A stretch of DNA of 43,074 nt from Candidatus Thalassarchaeaceae archaeon (GCA_029942125.1 JAPYUB010000001.1:1-43074); one strand, 5' to 3'. Positions 29,340-38,123 are shown, numbered from the stretch's first letter. Notes: generated by a model from the sequence alone, not told the origin. Numbers and translations are program-made.

Positions 29340-31642
29340 GTGAAGATGCGGATCCATTCGATCTCTCAAAAGCTTTGGAAGGGGCGGCGAAAACCCATCT
29401 CGACCCATCCATCGCAAAATTTCGGCTACAGGCCGAATACGAACCGGCAGGGGACCAAGAATCAGCAATTGAAAAAACGCTTTCTCAATTGAGAAAATCT
29501 CAATCAAGATGTGTAATGCTTGGCGTGACAGGGTCCGGCAAAACCTTTGCCATGGCCAACATCATTGAAGCTCTGAACATCCCTACACTAATCCTCTCCC
29601 ACAACAAGACATTATCACGACAACTCTGGCAAGAGATGTCTGGATTATTCCCCGAAAATGCCGTCGAATATTTCGTTTCACACTACGATTACTACCAACC
29701 CGAAGCTTACCTGCCAAAGAGAGATTTATACATAGAAAAAGAACTCTCGATGAATGAACGAATCGAACAAGAACGTTTCTCAACAGTCGCTTCATTGGTT
29801 TCTCGACCGGATGTATTGGCCGTCGCTACAGTTTCAGCAATCTACGGCCTTAATCCCCCTGAGACATTTCTGCAACAACATGTCAGATTACACGTGGGAC
29901 AACAAGTCGAGCCGCAAGATGTTGTCAGCGAATTAGTAGGATTACAATACCGTAGAGTCACCGGGGAGATTACGCGTGGAGAATTGCGCTTGAGAGGAGA
30001 GGTTCTAGATTTGTGGATGCCCAGTAGAGACGATCCGTTGCGCATTCGATTCGATCTAGACGGAATCACCAGAATCCAAGTTTGTGAGGCAGTGTCATGG
30101 GAATCAATCGATGAAATCGAGGAAGTGTGGATTCATCCAAAGGAATTCTTCATGACTAGACCAGATAGATTTGAAAAAGCACTGGAGGATATTGAATTGG
30201 AACTACAGCAACGAATCGATTTCTTCGATAAGGCGGGGAAAGAATTGGAATCGCATCGACTTGAATCCAAGACCCAATACGATTTGGATTTACTGAGAGA
30301 AATCGGGCATTGTCGTAGTATAGAGAATTATTCCATGCACTTTGATGGCCGCACATTTGGAGAACGCCCATACTGTCTACTCGACTTCTTTGCTGCCTGT
30401 GCACAAACCTTCCATGGTTCCAAGGAGAAATTTCTCGTGATAATGGATGAGAGTCATGTTACATTGCCGCAATTGGGAGGCATGTATCACGGCGACAAAG
30501 CGAGAAAAGAGAATCTGATTGAACATGGGTTCAGATTGCCATCGGCCGCGGATAACCGGCCTTTAATGGGGCATGAATTCCAATCTTTAGTTCCTCAGAT
30601 ACTCTATGTGAGTGCGACGCCAGGTGAACGTGAATTGCGACAACTGTGTGAAATCACTGGACAGCCTGTACCTGAAGTTGACCCAAAGGAAAAAAGAAAA
30701 CCACTGATGAAAGATGCGCTGGGTGAAATTCAAGGAATCTCTCGAATGGAAATTCGGCCAACGGGTTTGTTGGATCCAGCCATCGAAGTACGACCTACGG
30801 AAGGGCAAGTTCAAGATCTGCTCGATGAGATCACATCTTGCGCACAGAATAATGAACGTGTTTTGGTCACTGTCATGACAATCAAATTCGCTGAGGAAGT
30901 GGCCGATTATCTTCAGCGTATGGGCGTGAAGGCACACTATCTCCATTCTGAGATTGACACTTTGGAACGGAGTGAAATCATCAAAGCGCTAAGGATTGGC
31001 CACATTGATGTCATCGTTGGAATCAATCTCTTACGAGAGGGCCTTGATATTCCCGAAGTTAGTCTTGTGGCAATCTTCGATGCTGACAAGGAAGGATTCC
31101 TTCGCAATGAACGAAGTCTATTGCAAACCATTGGACGGGCTTCGCGAAATCAAAATGGCCGAGTCATCCTATACGCCAACACCATGGGCAGAGCTATGGA
31201 ATCCGCAATTTCACAAACTATTGAACGGAGACAGAAACAAATTGAGCATAATGAACGGCATGGTATCACACCAAAAACCATCGAAAAGCCGCTTCCGGTA
31301 ATGGGTATTGAGGCCAATGAACTGCTTGCAGGAATCGCAGGTAAAGGCATCACTGGAGGAAAGAGATTCGTCGGCGGGTTTACCGGGAAAACTGGGAAGA
31401 AAGGGGATGAGGATTTGGTCAAGAAATTCGATCTCGGTGCAGGCTCTTGGAGTGATGATATCGTCGCCAATATATCCCAACCCACATCAGACAATGTACC
31501 AGATGATTTGGGCGGTTCTGAATTCCGATTAATAGACCGACTGAGGAAGGAGATGAATCAATCTGCAGCGAGACTTGACTTTGAGAAAGCAGCAAAATTA
31601 AGAGATAGGATATTCCAATTAGAAAACTTAAATTCTAATTGA
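29336..31642 (+). CDS. uvrB: Excinuclease ABC subunit B
   Basis: GVTGSGKT, YDYYQPEAY, DESH, VSATPG, GINLLREGLD, QTIGRA, C-terminal UVR domain FEKAAKLRD; ATGA overlap with ubiA. Confidence 0.96.
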   Translation: MSEDADPFDLSKALEGAAKTHLDPSIAKFRLQAEYEPAGDQESAIEKTLSQLRKSQSRCVMLGVTGSGKTFAMANIIEALNIPTLILSHNKTLSRQLWQEMSGLFPENAVEYFVSHYDYYQPEAYLPKRDLYIEKELSMNERIEQERFSTVASLVSRPDVLAVATVSAIYGLNPPETFLQQHVRLHVGQQVEPQDVVSELVGLQYRRVTGEITRGELRLRGEVLDLWMPSRDDPLRIRFDLDGITRIQVCEAVSWESIDEIEEVWIHPKEFFMTRPDRFEKALEDIELELQQRIDFFDKAGKELESHRLESKTQYDLDLLREIGHCRSIENYSMHFDGRTFGERPYCLLDFFAACAQTFHGSKEKFLVIMDESHVTLPQLGGMYHGDKARKENLIEHGFRLPSAADNRPLMGHEFQSLVPQILYVSATPGERELRQLCEITGQPVPEVDPKEKRKPLMKDALGEIQGISRMEIRPTGLLDPAIEVRPTEGQVQDLLDEITSCAQNNERVLVTVMTIKFAEEVADYLQRMGVKAHYLHSEIDTLERSEIIKALRIGHIDVIVGINLLREGLDIPEVSLVAIFDADKEGFLRNERSLLQTIGRASRNQNGRVILYANTMGRAMESAISQTIERRQKQIEHNERHGITPKTIEKPLPVMGIEANELLAGIAGKGITGGKRFVGGFTGKTGKKGDEDLVKKFDLGAGSWSDDIVANISQPTSDNVPDDLGGSEFRLIDRLRKEMNQSAARLDFEKAAKLRDRIFQLENLNSN

Positions 31643-31694
31643 TAATTTTAACCCGCCAGTTCAAGTGAAGGTGACGGGTCGCCAATCCGTCCCC

Positions 31695-32672
31695 ATGCCG
31701 ATTAACCGCGATGATTTCGATGTCCCTGTCGAAGACTATGATTTCAGTCAAATTAGTGATGTGACCTCGTTAATTGACCAAATGGCCAGCGCAGGGGGGT
31801 TTACTGCAACCAAACTCGCCCACGCCAGAGATGTTCTGAGAACATCAATCGATAAATCACAAACCGATGGTGTTCTGAATTGGCTTTCATTTCCAGCATG
31901 TCTTTTTGCGACGGGAACTCGAGGATTTTTCGTCGAAGCGATCAAACGCAAGGCATTCAATGTCATCATCACCACTTGTGGAACGCTGGACCATGATATT
32001 GCGCGAACCTACCATGATTACTATCATGGATCCTTTGAATTGGATGATGTTGAACTCGGCGAACAAGGATTGAATCGTCTAGGCAACGTCATTGTACCGA
32101 ACGAATGTTATGGAGAGATTTTGGAAAAATCAGTACTTCCTTGGATTCAAGAAATAGAAGATGAACGGCGAAAGATGAATCCTGAAAATCCTTGGAGGGG
32201 ATTTGGAAGTATCGAATTGTGCTGGGCATTCGGAGATCGGATTGATGACGAAAGCAGTTTGCTGCATTGGGCGGCAAAGCACAGAATTCCCATCGTAGTC
32301 CCAGGCCTATCGGATGGCTCGGTAGGTGCGCAGTTGTTTATGCACAGACAGCGAAGTCCTGATTTCATGATTGATTTTCTTGCCGACGAACAGATCCTTT
32401 CGGATCTCACATGGACATGTGAAGAAAGTCATGCTTTGATGGTGGGCGGGGGTATCTCAAAACATCACGTCATCTGGTGGAATCAATATAGAGATGGATT
32501 AGATTCCGCCGTTGCAATAACCACTGCCCCTGAGCATGATGGAAGCCTATCGGGTGCTCGATTACGAGAAGCGATTTCATGGGGGAAAATTCACCCAGAA
32601 GCACCTCATGTGACCGTAGAAGGTGATGCAAGCGTTCTGCTTCCGTTGCTCGGTTCAGATCTGTTCAGTTGA
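31695..32672 (+). CDS. dys: Deoxyhypusine synthase
   Basis: GLNRLGN, SDGSVG, GGGISKHH, DGSLSGARLREAISWGKI (catalytic Lys). Confidence 0.93.
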   Translation: MPINRDDFDVPVEDYDFSQISDVTSLIDQMASAGGFTATKLAHARDVLRTSIDKSQTDGVLNWLSFPACLFATGTRGFFVEAIKRKAFNVIITTCGTLDHDIARTYHDYYHGSFELDDVELGEQGLNRLGNVIVPNECYGEILEKSVLPWIQEIEDERRKMNPENPWRGFGSIELCWAFGDRIDDESSLLHWAAKHRIPIVVPGLSDGSVGAQLFMHRQRSPDFMIDFLADEQILSDLTWTCEESHALMVGGGISKHHVIWWNQYRDGLDSAVAITTAPEHDGSLSGARLREAISWGKIHPEAPHVTVEGDASVLLPLLGSDLFS

Positions 32673-33146
32673 GTGGGCGATGCATTCCATCAGCCCCACG
32701 CGCATGGCCGTCATCGGCCTCCATCCATCCGTTCCACATGCGACCAATGTATCATGCAAAGGGCCCAAATTCGGACGGCGACGTTCGCCACTATATCTTA
32801 CCGCAGCTGGAGATGGGACATCGCTGAGAGATTGTGATGTGTGAGAATGTTTAACGGCGTTCTGAAATCTAGACCATAGCCCCTTTATTTCGTCCACAAC
32901 CATCTGCTGTGTCCATGCCCTGCGGCCACATAGTTCAAAGGTTCCAGTCACATCATGTTCGGTGAGAATTCGTTTTGCAATCTCTGCATCACGAAGATGA
33001 ACCCAATGATAGATTTTGTCGTCATTTTGGGGTTCATTTCCTGCCAATATTGTAGAGACCCAGTGATTAATCGGGCCGTCTCCATCTGGAGAATATACAT
33101 CGATGAAATGAATATTGAGGAGTTCGGACATCCGATACACTTCCAC
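32655..33146 (-). CDS. Hypothetical protein resembling the C-terminal half of an extended SDR/epimerase
   Basis: DVYSP, WVHLRDA, GWRP...RVGL recall the NVYGP / FVHVRD / LGWxP motifs; no GxxGxxG; TAGTG overlap with the upstream gene. Confidence 0.55.
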   Translation of the reverse strand: MEVYRMSELLNIHFIDVYSPDGDGPINHWVSTILAGNEPQNDDKIYHWVHLRDAEIAKRILTEHDVTGTFELCGRRAWTQQMVVDEIKGLWSRFQNAVKHSHTSQSLSDVPSPAAVRYSGERRRPNLGPLHDTLVACGTDGWRPMTAMRVGLMECIAHSTEQI

Positions 33147-34666
33147 TAATCGTCACGGTTTGCGTCGTGGATGATGAAGGCTTTTCGAATTGTGTTGACA
33201 ATCAAATCAATCTCTGCCGAAGTGATGGCAAAGTGCGGGGTGAAACGCAAGGCGTTCATTCCACCATGGATAATTCCAAGGCCAATTTTCCGACAGGTTT
33301 CTTCGACTTGCCCGAAACCGACAACAGGGTGCGTTTCTGGATTTAATTCAGCACTACACAGCAAACCTGTACCCTGGACCTTGACAATCACATCGGGAAA
33401 CTCTGCAGCCAATTGTTCGAGTTTTTCTACCAACTCAACACCTCGTTCACGGATATTTTGCCTCAGTTCAGGGGTGATTTGATCAAGAACCGCTATGGCC
33501 GTCTCAAGCGCTCGAGGATTCGTTGTCATCGTGTTGCCATAAATTCCAACCACGTAGAGTTCCGAGGCTCTCTGACTCAACCCCAGTACTGAAAGTGGAT
33601 ATTGGCCAGCGTTCAGTGCCTTTGACCATGTTTCCAAATCTGGGGCTTCACATGTCTCAAATCCAGGGTAATCTATGATTGAAAGAGCCCCCTGACCACG
33701 CAATCCTGCTTGAATCGAGTCAACTAGGAACATACTGCCATGTTCTAGCGTCAATCGACGAGCCTCATCATAGAATTCTCGTGTCACACACTGTCCTGGG
33801 TTCCCCTCTCCCTGAACTGGTTCAATCGCCATCAACTCGATAAAAAATTCTTCAGTTTCTGCACGAGAAAATACAGCCCGTAGGGCTTCAACATCATTCA
33901 AAGGAACCAACAACAAATTGTCTCTGTCTCTGAAAGAGGCTAGGTTACGATCGTATCCCTCCATACAGGAGTGTGAAATCTGAGCCGGTCTATCTGTACG
34001 CCCATGGAATGCATGTTCAACAGCAAGCAGTTTGATGAGTTTACCTTCGTGTCTACCACCAACACTGGTATGTTGGTTTGCATTAACATCAGCGATTCTC
34101 AAACCAACCGTTACGGATTCTGAACCACTATTCATACAGATGAATTTGGTAAATGGACAATTACCACGAGTGTGACCCAATTCGATTCGAAGACGATCTG
34201 AAAGACGTTTTTGACTGAACGAGGGTGTCATTACATTGGCCATAACCCAATTATTTGACATCGAATCGATGACTACATCGGGGCCATGTCCACCACCCAG
34301 CATACCATAGGAACCATTGTCATGAAGCACAGCTCCTTTTGAGGTGATAATCCAGGGCCCACGCGCAGCAATTGCAACATATGGATTGATGGTTGCTGCG
34401 GAATAGAAATTGATGTAATTGGATTGAATCGAAGAAATAAGAGTGGCTTCATCTTGAGCTAAATATTCTAGGCCTACTTCTTCAACCAAGCCGGCAAAAG
34501 TAACAGATGCTTCATCAATTGCTCGGATCAATTGTGGATTAAGGGTGCAAAATCTCTCGATGACGTCATCTGAAAGGCCTTGGGTTTGGGCAGCGGTACC
34601 GTCGGCAAGGCGACGAATCTCCATCAGTCGCTCGAGCATATTCGAATCGAATCGGAGGGCACCCAT
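33146..34666 (-). CDS. Class III PLP aminotransferase (lysine 6-aminotransferase-like)
   Basis: NSGSES, FHGRT, EPVQGEG, DSIQAG, WSKALNAG (PLP Lys), GTGLL, LRFTP; start trimmed to ATG 34666 after a GGAGA SD. Confidence 0.85.
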   Translation of the reverse strand: MGALRFDSNMLERLMEIRRLADGTAAQTQGLSDDVIERFCTLNPQLIRAIDEASVTFAGLVEEVGLEYLAQDEATLISSIQSNYINFYSAATINPYVAIAARGPWIITSKGAVLHDNGSYGMLGGGHGPDVVIDSMSNNWVMANVMTPSFSQKRLSDRLRIELGHTRGNCPFTKFICMNSGSESVTVGLRIADVNANQHTSVGGRHEGKLIKLLAVEHAFHGRTDRPAQISHSCMEGYDRNLASFRDRDNLLLVPLNDVEALRAVFSRAETEEFFIELMAIEPVQGEGNPGQCVTREFYDEARRLTLEHGSMFLVDSIQAGLRGQGALSIIDYPGFETCEAPDLETWSKALNAGQYPLSVLGLSQRASELYVVGIYGNTMTTNPRALETAIAVLDQITPELRQNIRERGVELVEKLEQLAAEFPDVIVKVQGTGLLCSAELNPETHPVVGFGQVEETCRKIGLGIIHGGMNALRFTPHFAITSAEIDLIVNTIRKAFIIHDANRDD

Positions 34667-34714
34667 CAATGTTCTCCGTAAGAATGGTCTATCTATTGGC
34701 AATATTTACATTAT

Positions 34715-34893
34715 TTATCAAATAATTTTCAATTGATTAACATAATTTTATTGTCTATCGGAGTCAATTTTTATATTGGCTGATAATGTATTGTTATCAG
34801 CCTTTTTCAATTGAAAATGAACAAATGAACATTTGGGCGTATTATCGAATGTTCAATTGAAAACTATAGGATTATCAGCCTTTTTCAATTGAA
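34715..34893. repeat. AT-rich divergent intergenic island with direct and inverted repeats
   Basis: TTATCAGCCTTTTTCAATTGAA exact at 34794-34815 and 34872-34893; degenerate copies at 34715 and 34842; GGCTGATAA-N7-TTATCAGCC at 34778-34802. Confidence 0.85.
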
Positions 34894-34964
34894 CAACTGA
34901 TTCTATTTGTAAAGGGTATGGTTTAATAGCCCAATGGGCCCGTGGGTCAACAAGGCAGAATGGG

Positions 34965-35576
34965 ATGCTACAACAGGAGATGAAAATAATGGGAGACGAC
35001 AATTACAGAATACAGGAACTTCTTCAACGAGAAGTATACGTTGGAAACAACCTCGTTGGAATTATTGTAGGGGAACGATATCACCCTAACGAAGATCGCG
35101 TACGCTCGATGCGACTATTGGTTCAACCAAACGTGGCGGAAACGTATATGCGAAAACCAGCGGAATACGGACCGCTATCGAAAGAATTGATTCATTCAAT
35201 TCAAGATGATGGTTCAGTCAAACTTTCAAAATCAATGAGAGAACTGCAGAGACGGTGGCGAGATACAGTTCGAATCGAAGAACAACTTTACGCACCAGAT
35301 GAACTTCTGGATCGGGCTGTTCTCGATGATGATGGGTTAGAACTCGGAGTCGTCATTGCCCTCGTGAAGGTCAAGCGAACATACAGAGGGATTACCGTCA
35401 AACTACGTTCAGCGGTTCGTCGGAAATTTGCGCTAGATGAGACCATCGATATTCCGGTGACCGCCCTGGCACGAACGCGTGCTCGTTTGGATGAGATTGT
35501 ACTCTCTCGTACATACGAAAAACTGCGCTCTCTGCCCAGTTATATCCAGATTAACGATGGCATTCAAGAGGATTGA
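34965..35576 (+). CDS. Tandem PRC-barrel domain protein
   Basis: Two similar halves, IQELLQREVYVGNNLVGII and PDELLDRAVLDDDGLELGVV, match the PRC-barrel pattern; alternative ATG at 34989. Confidence 0.65.
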   Translation: MLQQEMKIMGDDNYRIQELLQREVYVGNNLVGIIVGERYHPNEDRVRSMRLLVQPNVAETYMRKPAEYGPLSKELIHSIQDDGSVKLSKSMRELQRRWRDTVRIEEQLYAPDELLDRAVLDDDGLELGVVIALVKVKRTYRGITVKLRSAVRRKFALDETIDIPVTALARTRARLDEIVLSRTYEKLRSLPSYIQINDGIQED

Positions 35577-35624
35577 ATCGAACCGTCATCGTTAATTCGG
35601 TGACATCTGTCGCCGGGTTGTTCT

Positions 35625-35699
35625 GGACGGGTAGCTTAGGTTGGCTGGAGCACCCGGCTGATAACCGGGAGGTCGCAGGTTCAAATCCTGCCTCGTCCA
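35625..35699 (+). tRNA. tRNA-Ile(GAU), no intron, CCA not encoded
   Basis: Acceptor GGACGGG/CTCGTCC, anticodon arm CCCGG-CTGATAA-CCGGG, T arm GCAGG-TTCAAAT-CCTGC, discriminator A, followed by a T-run. Confidence 0.96.
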
Positions 35700-35776
35700 C
35701 TTTTCATTCTACCATAGTGGTCCCTAGACGTGTCTAGATGGGAAACAACATGAACAACCGGCTCTAGCGAGAGAAC

Positions 35777-36715
35777 ATGGCCGTCGTGTCCGGGAGCAAC
35801 GCTGCAGAATTGGCGGCTTCTCTTGCCAATGAATTGGGTTGGGAACATCATCCCCTCGAAGTAAGGCGGTTTCCTGACTCAGAAGGTTACGTTCGAGTAC
35901 CCCATGAAAGTATAGAGGCAATACGTCGTGAACCGGTAGTACTGGTTGCAACAACATTTCCCGACTCCGGTATTGTCGAAGCCTTGCTGATGCTAGAATC
36001 CATTCATGATGTACGTCGTGGAAACATGAGCAATCTGAAAGGTGAGGGAGACGATGATTTAGGAGATGTAGGGCCCGGAATTTTTCTAGCGGTACCATAC
36101 TTTGGATACTCAAGACAGGACAAACGATTCCAACGTGGTGAAGTTGTCTCAGCCAAACTTCTAGCTCGCCTCTTGACCAGACGTTGTGATGGAATGGTCG
36201 TGTTGGATCTTCATGCACCCGCGGTATTGGAAGATCTTGAGGTTCCAGTCTCATTCGTCTCCTCAATGCCAGAAATTGCAATTCATCTACAGGAGAACGT
36301 AAGACCCGATTTCGTACTCAGCCCCGATAAGGGGGCTATTGAACGAGCAAGTCATGTAGCCAATGCAATTGGATGTAATTTCTCTTATCTTGAGAAAACG
36401 AGAATTGATGCACATACAATCGAACACAAAGCAAAGGATTTGGAAGTTGACGGAGCCATTGTCGCAATTGTTGACGACATGATTTCGACCGGCGGCACCA
36501 TTTGCAAGGCCAGCGATGCCTTGCGTCGCCAGGGTGCTGTTGCAATCCATGCTGCGTGTACCCACGGTCTATTCACAGGGAGTGCTATCACACGCTTGGC
36601 AGAACATGTTGATGGGGTGCATGCAACCGATTCTCTACCCAATCCTCGTTCCGTTGTGAGTGGGGCTCCCGCCATCGCCCGAGGGGTTCGGGACTTGATT
36701 AAACGCGTCCTCTGA
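35777..36715 (+). CDS. prs: Ribose-phosphate pyrophosphokinase
   Basis: FPDSEGYVR, PYFGYSRQDK, DLHA, SPDKGA, IVDDMISTGGT, THG. Confidence 0.95.
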   Translation: MAVVSGSNAAELAASLANELGWEHHPLEVRRFPDSEGYVRVPHESIEAIRREPVVLVATTFPDSGIVEALLMLESIHDVRRGNMSNLKGEGDDDLGDVGPGIFLAVPYFGYSRQDKRFQRGEVVSAKLLARLLTRRCDGMVVLDLHAPAVLEDLEVPVSFVSSMPEIAIHLQENVRPDFVLSPDKGAIERASHVANAIGCNFSYLEKTRIDAHTIEHKAKDLEVDGAIVAIVDDMISTGGTICKASDALRRQGAVAIHAACTHGLFTGSAITRLAEHVDGVHATDSLPNPRSVVSGAPAIARGVRDLIKRVL

Positions 36716-36780
36716 GACCCGGAAGGCCCCTGGTGGCTTGCGCTGCGTTTATACGAGGCACGCCGTCCGGCGGCTTACCG

Positions 36781-36806
36781 ACATGAGGAGATAATCCAAT
36801 GACTGT
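36781..36806 (+). promoter_or_regulatory. Kink-turn over the SD and start codon of rpl7ae (putative autoregulatory element)
   Basis: ACA-U-GA-GGA / loop GAUAA / UCC-AAU-GA-C-UGU: C-stem, 3-nt bulge, tandem G.A pairs, NC-stem. Confidence 0.75.
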
Positions 36807-37173
36807 ACACATCGCATTTGAAACACCGAAAGACGTCAAAGACCAAGTTTCAGAACTAGTCAAAGTTGTTGCCAGTGGCAATGGACGCCTAAAGAAAGGA
36901 AGCAACGAGGTCACCAAAGCAGCAGAGCGGGGAACCGCGAAGATGATTGTAATGGCTGAGAACGTTAACCCCTCTGAGTTACTAGCACACATCCCCCTTA
37001 TTTGCAAGGAGAAGAAGATTCCCTTCATCTATGTCGAAGATCAAGGATTTTTGGCGGGCGATGCAGGCATGGGCGATAATGCAAAGACCGCAGCAATTGC
37101 TTTGATGGAATATACCAAGCCCGCAGAAGATGCTTTCAATGCCGTCAAGGCTCATTGTGACGCGCTGAACTGA
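36799..37173 (+). CDS. rpl7ae: Ribosomal protein L7Ae (eL8)
   Basis: KKGSNEVTKAAERG, VMAENVNP, LCKEK-like ICKEKKIPFIYV. Confidence 0.96.
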   Translation: MTVHIAFETPKDVKDQVSELVKVVASGNGRLKKGSNEVTKAAERGTAKMIVMAENVNPSELLAHIPLICKEKKIPFIYVEDQGFLAGDAGMGDNAKTAAIALMEYTKPAEDAFNAVKAHCDALN

Positions 37174-37203
37174 AACTGAGGCTGCTTAAACGGAGGAATC
37201 TGA

Positions 37204-37422
37204 ATGACTCAGGAAGGCTGGCCAGCAGAGGTTGTCGAAGTCGTCGGACGTACGGGCATGACTGGTGAAGCAACCCAGGTTAAGGTCCGAGTCAATGACG
37301 CGCCCAATCCTCGTGACGTTGGGCGAATCATTACACGCAACGTCCTCGGACCAATTCGAATTGGTGATATTCTGATGTTAAGAGATACGGGCCGTGAAGC
37401 TCGAAAACTCAATTTCCGCTGA
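37204..37422 (+). CDS. rps28e: Ribosomal protein S28e
   Basis: [34 protein letters not shown]. Confidence 0.96.
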   Translation: MTQEGWPAEVVEVVGRTGMTGEATQVKVRVNDAPNPRDVGRIITRNVLGPIRIGDILMLRDTGREARKLNFR

Positions 37423-37431
37423 GGCGATGAT

Positions 37432-37620
37432 ATGGCTGAACGTCGGATTTGCAACTTCTCTGGAGAAGAGATTGAACCGGGAACTGGGGTCATGTATGTC
37501 AAGCGTGACGGAACAGTACTCTGGTTCAAGGATTCCAAGGCCCGCAAGAACATGAAACTGGGTCGTAACCCACGCAAGGTCAAGTGGACCCGGCACTATG
37601 TCAAAGGCGGGACTCAGTAA
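37432..37620 (+). CDS. rpl24e: Ribosomal protein L24e
   Basis: IEPGTGVMYVKRDG, RNPRKVKWT. Confidence 0.96.
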   Translation: MAERRICNFSGEEIEPGTGVMYVKRDGTVLWFKDSKARKNMKLGRNPRKVKWTRHYVKGGTQ

Positions 37621-37700
37621 TCGTCGATCTTGATTCTTCTATAATCGCCATCTACTACGAGGGCGGCGTGCTGAAATAGGGGAGGCGGGTCGGCCGCCCC

Positions 37701-38123
37701 ATGGTAAACATTCAAACTACATTCATCATGATTAAGCCAGATGGTGTCGAACGTGGTCTTGTTGACGAGATTATAGGACGATTTGAGGGGATTGGTCTGC
37801 GTATGCTGGGCAGGCGAGATCTAACCCCGCCTCTAGAGTTGGCTGAGACACACTACGCAGTGCACAAGGAACGCCCGTTCTATTCCGAGTTGATTGAATT
37901 CATCACATCGGGCCCTGTAGTGGCCATGGCTTGGAAAGGAGAAGGGGCAATAGCGGCCTCTCGCAAACTGATTGGAGCTACAAATTGGGAAGATGCTGAA
38001 CCTGGCACAATCCGAGCGGACTTTGCCCGCAGCATCGACCAAAATATCATTCACGGCTCAGACGGTGAAGATACTGCAGCCTTCGAATTGGGGCTTTGGT
38101 TCACCAATGGACTAGAGGACTGA
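37701..38123 (+). CDS. ndk: Nucleoside diphosphate kinase
   Basis: [27 protein letters not shown]. Confidence 0.97.
   Translation: MVNIQTTFIMIKPDGVERGLVDEIIGRFEGIGLRMLGRRDLTPPLELAETHYAVHKERPFYSELIEFITSGPVVAMAWKGEGAIAASRKLIGATNWEDAEPGTIRADFARSIDQNIIHGSDGEDTAAFELGLWFTNGLED

Noticed and set aside
34715-34893. Mini CRISPR array (repeat ending ATTGAA)
   Set aside because: Only two exact 22-bp copies, with a 56-nt gap that itself contains a degenerate copy; no cas genes in the window
35625-35776. Integrated element at tRNA-Ile
   Set aside because: No duplicate of the tRNA 3' end seen, no integrase, and prs follows directly
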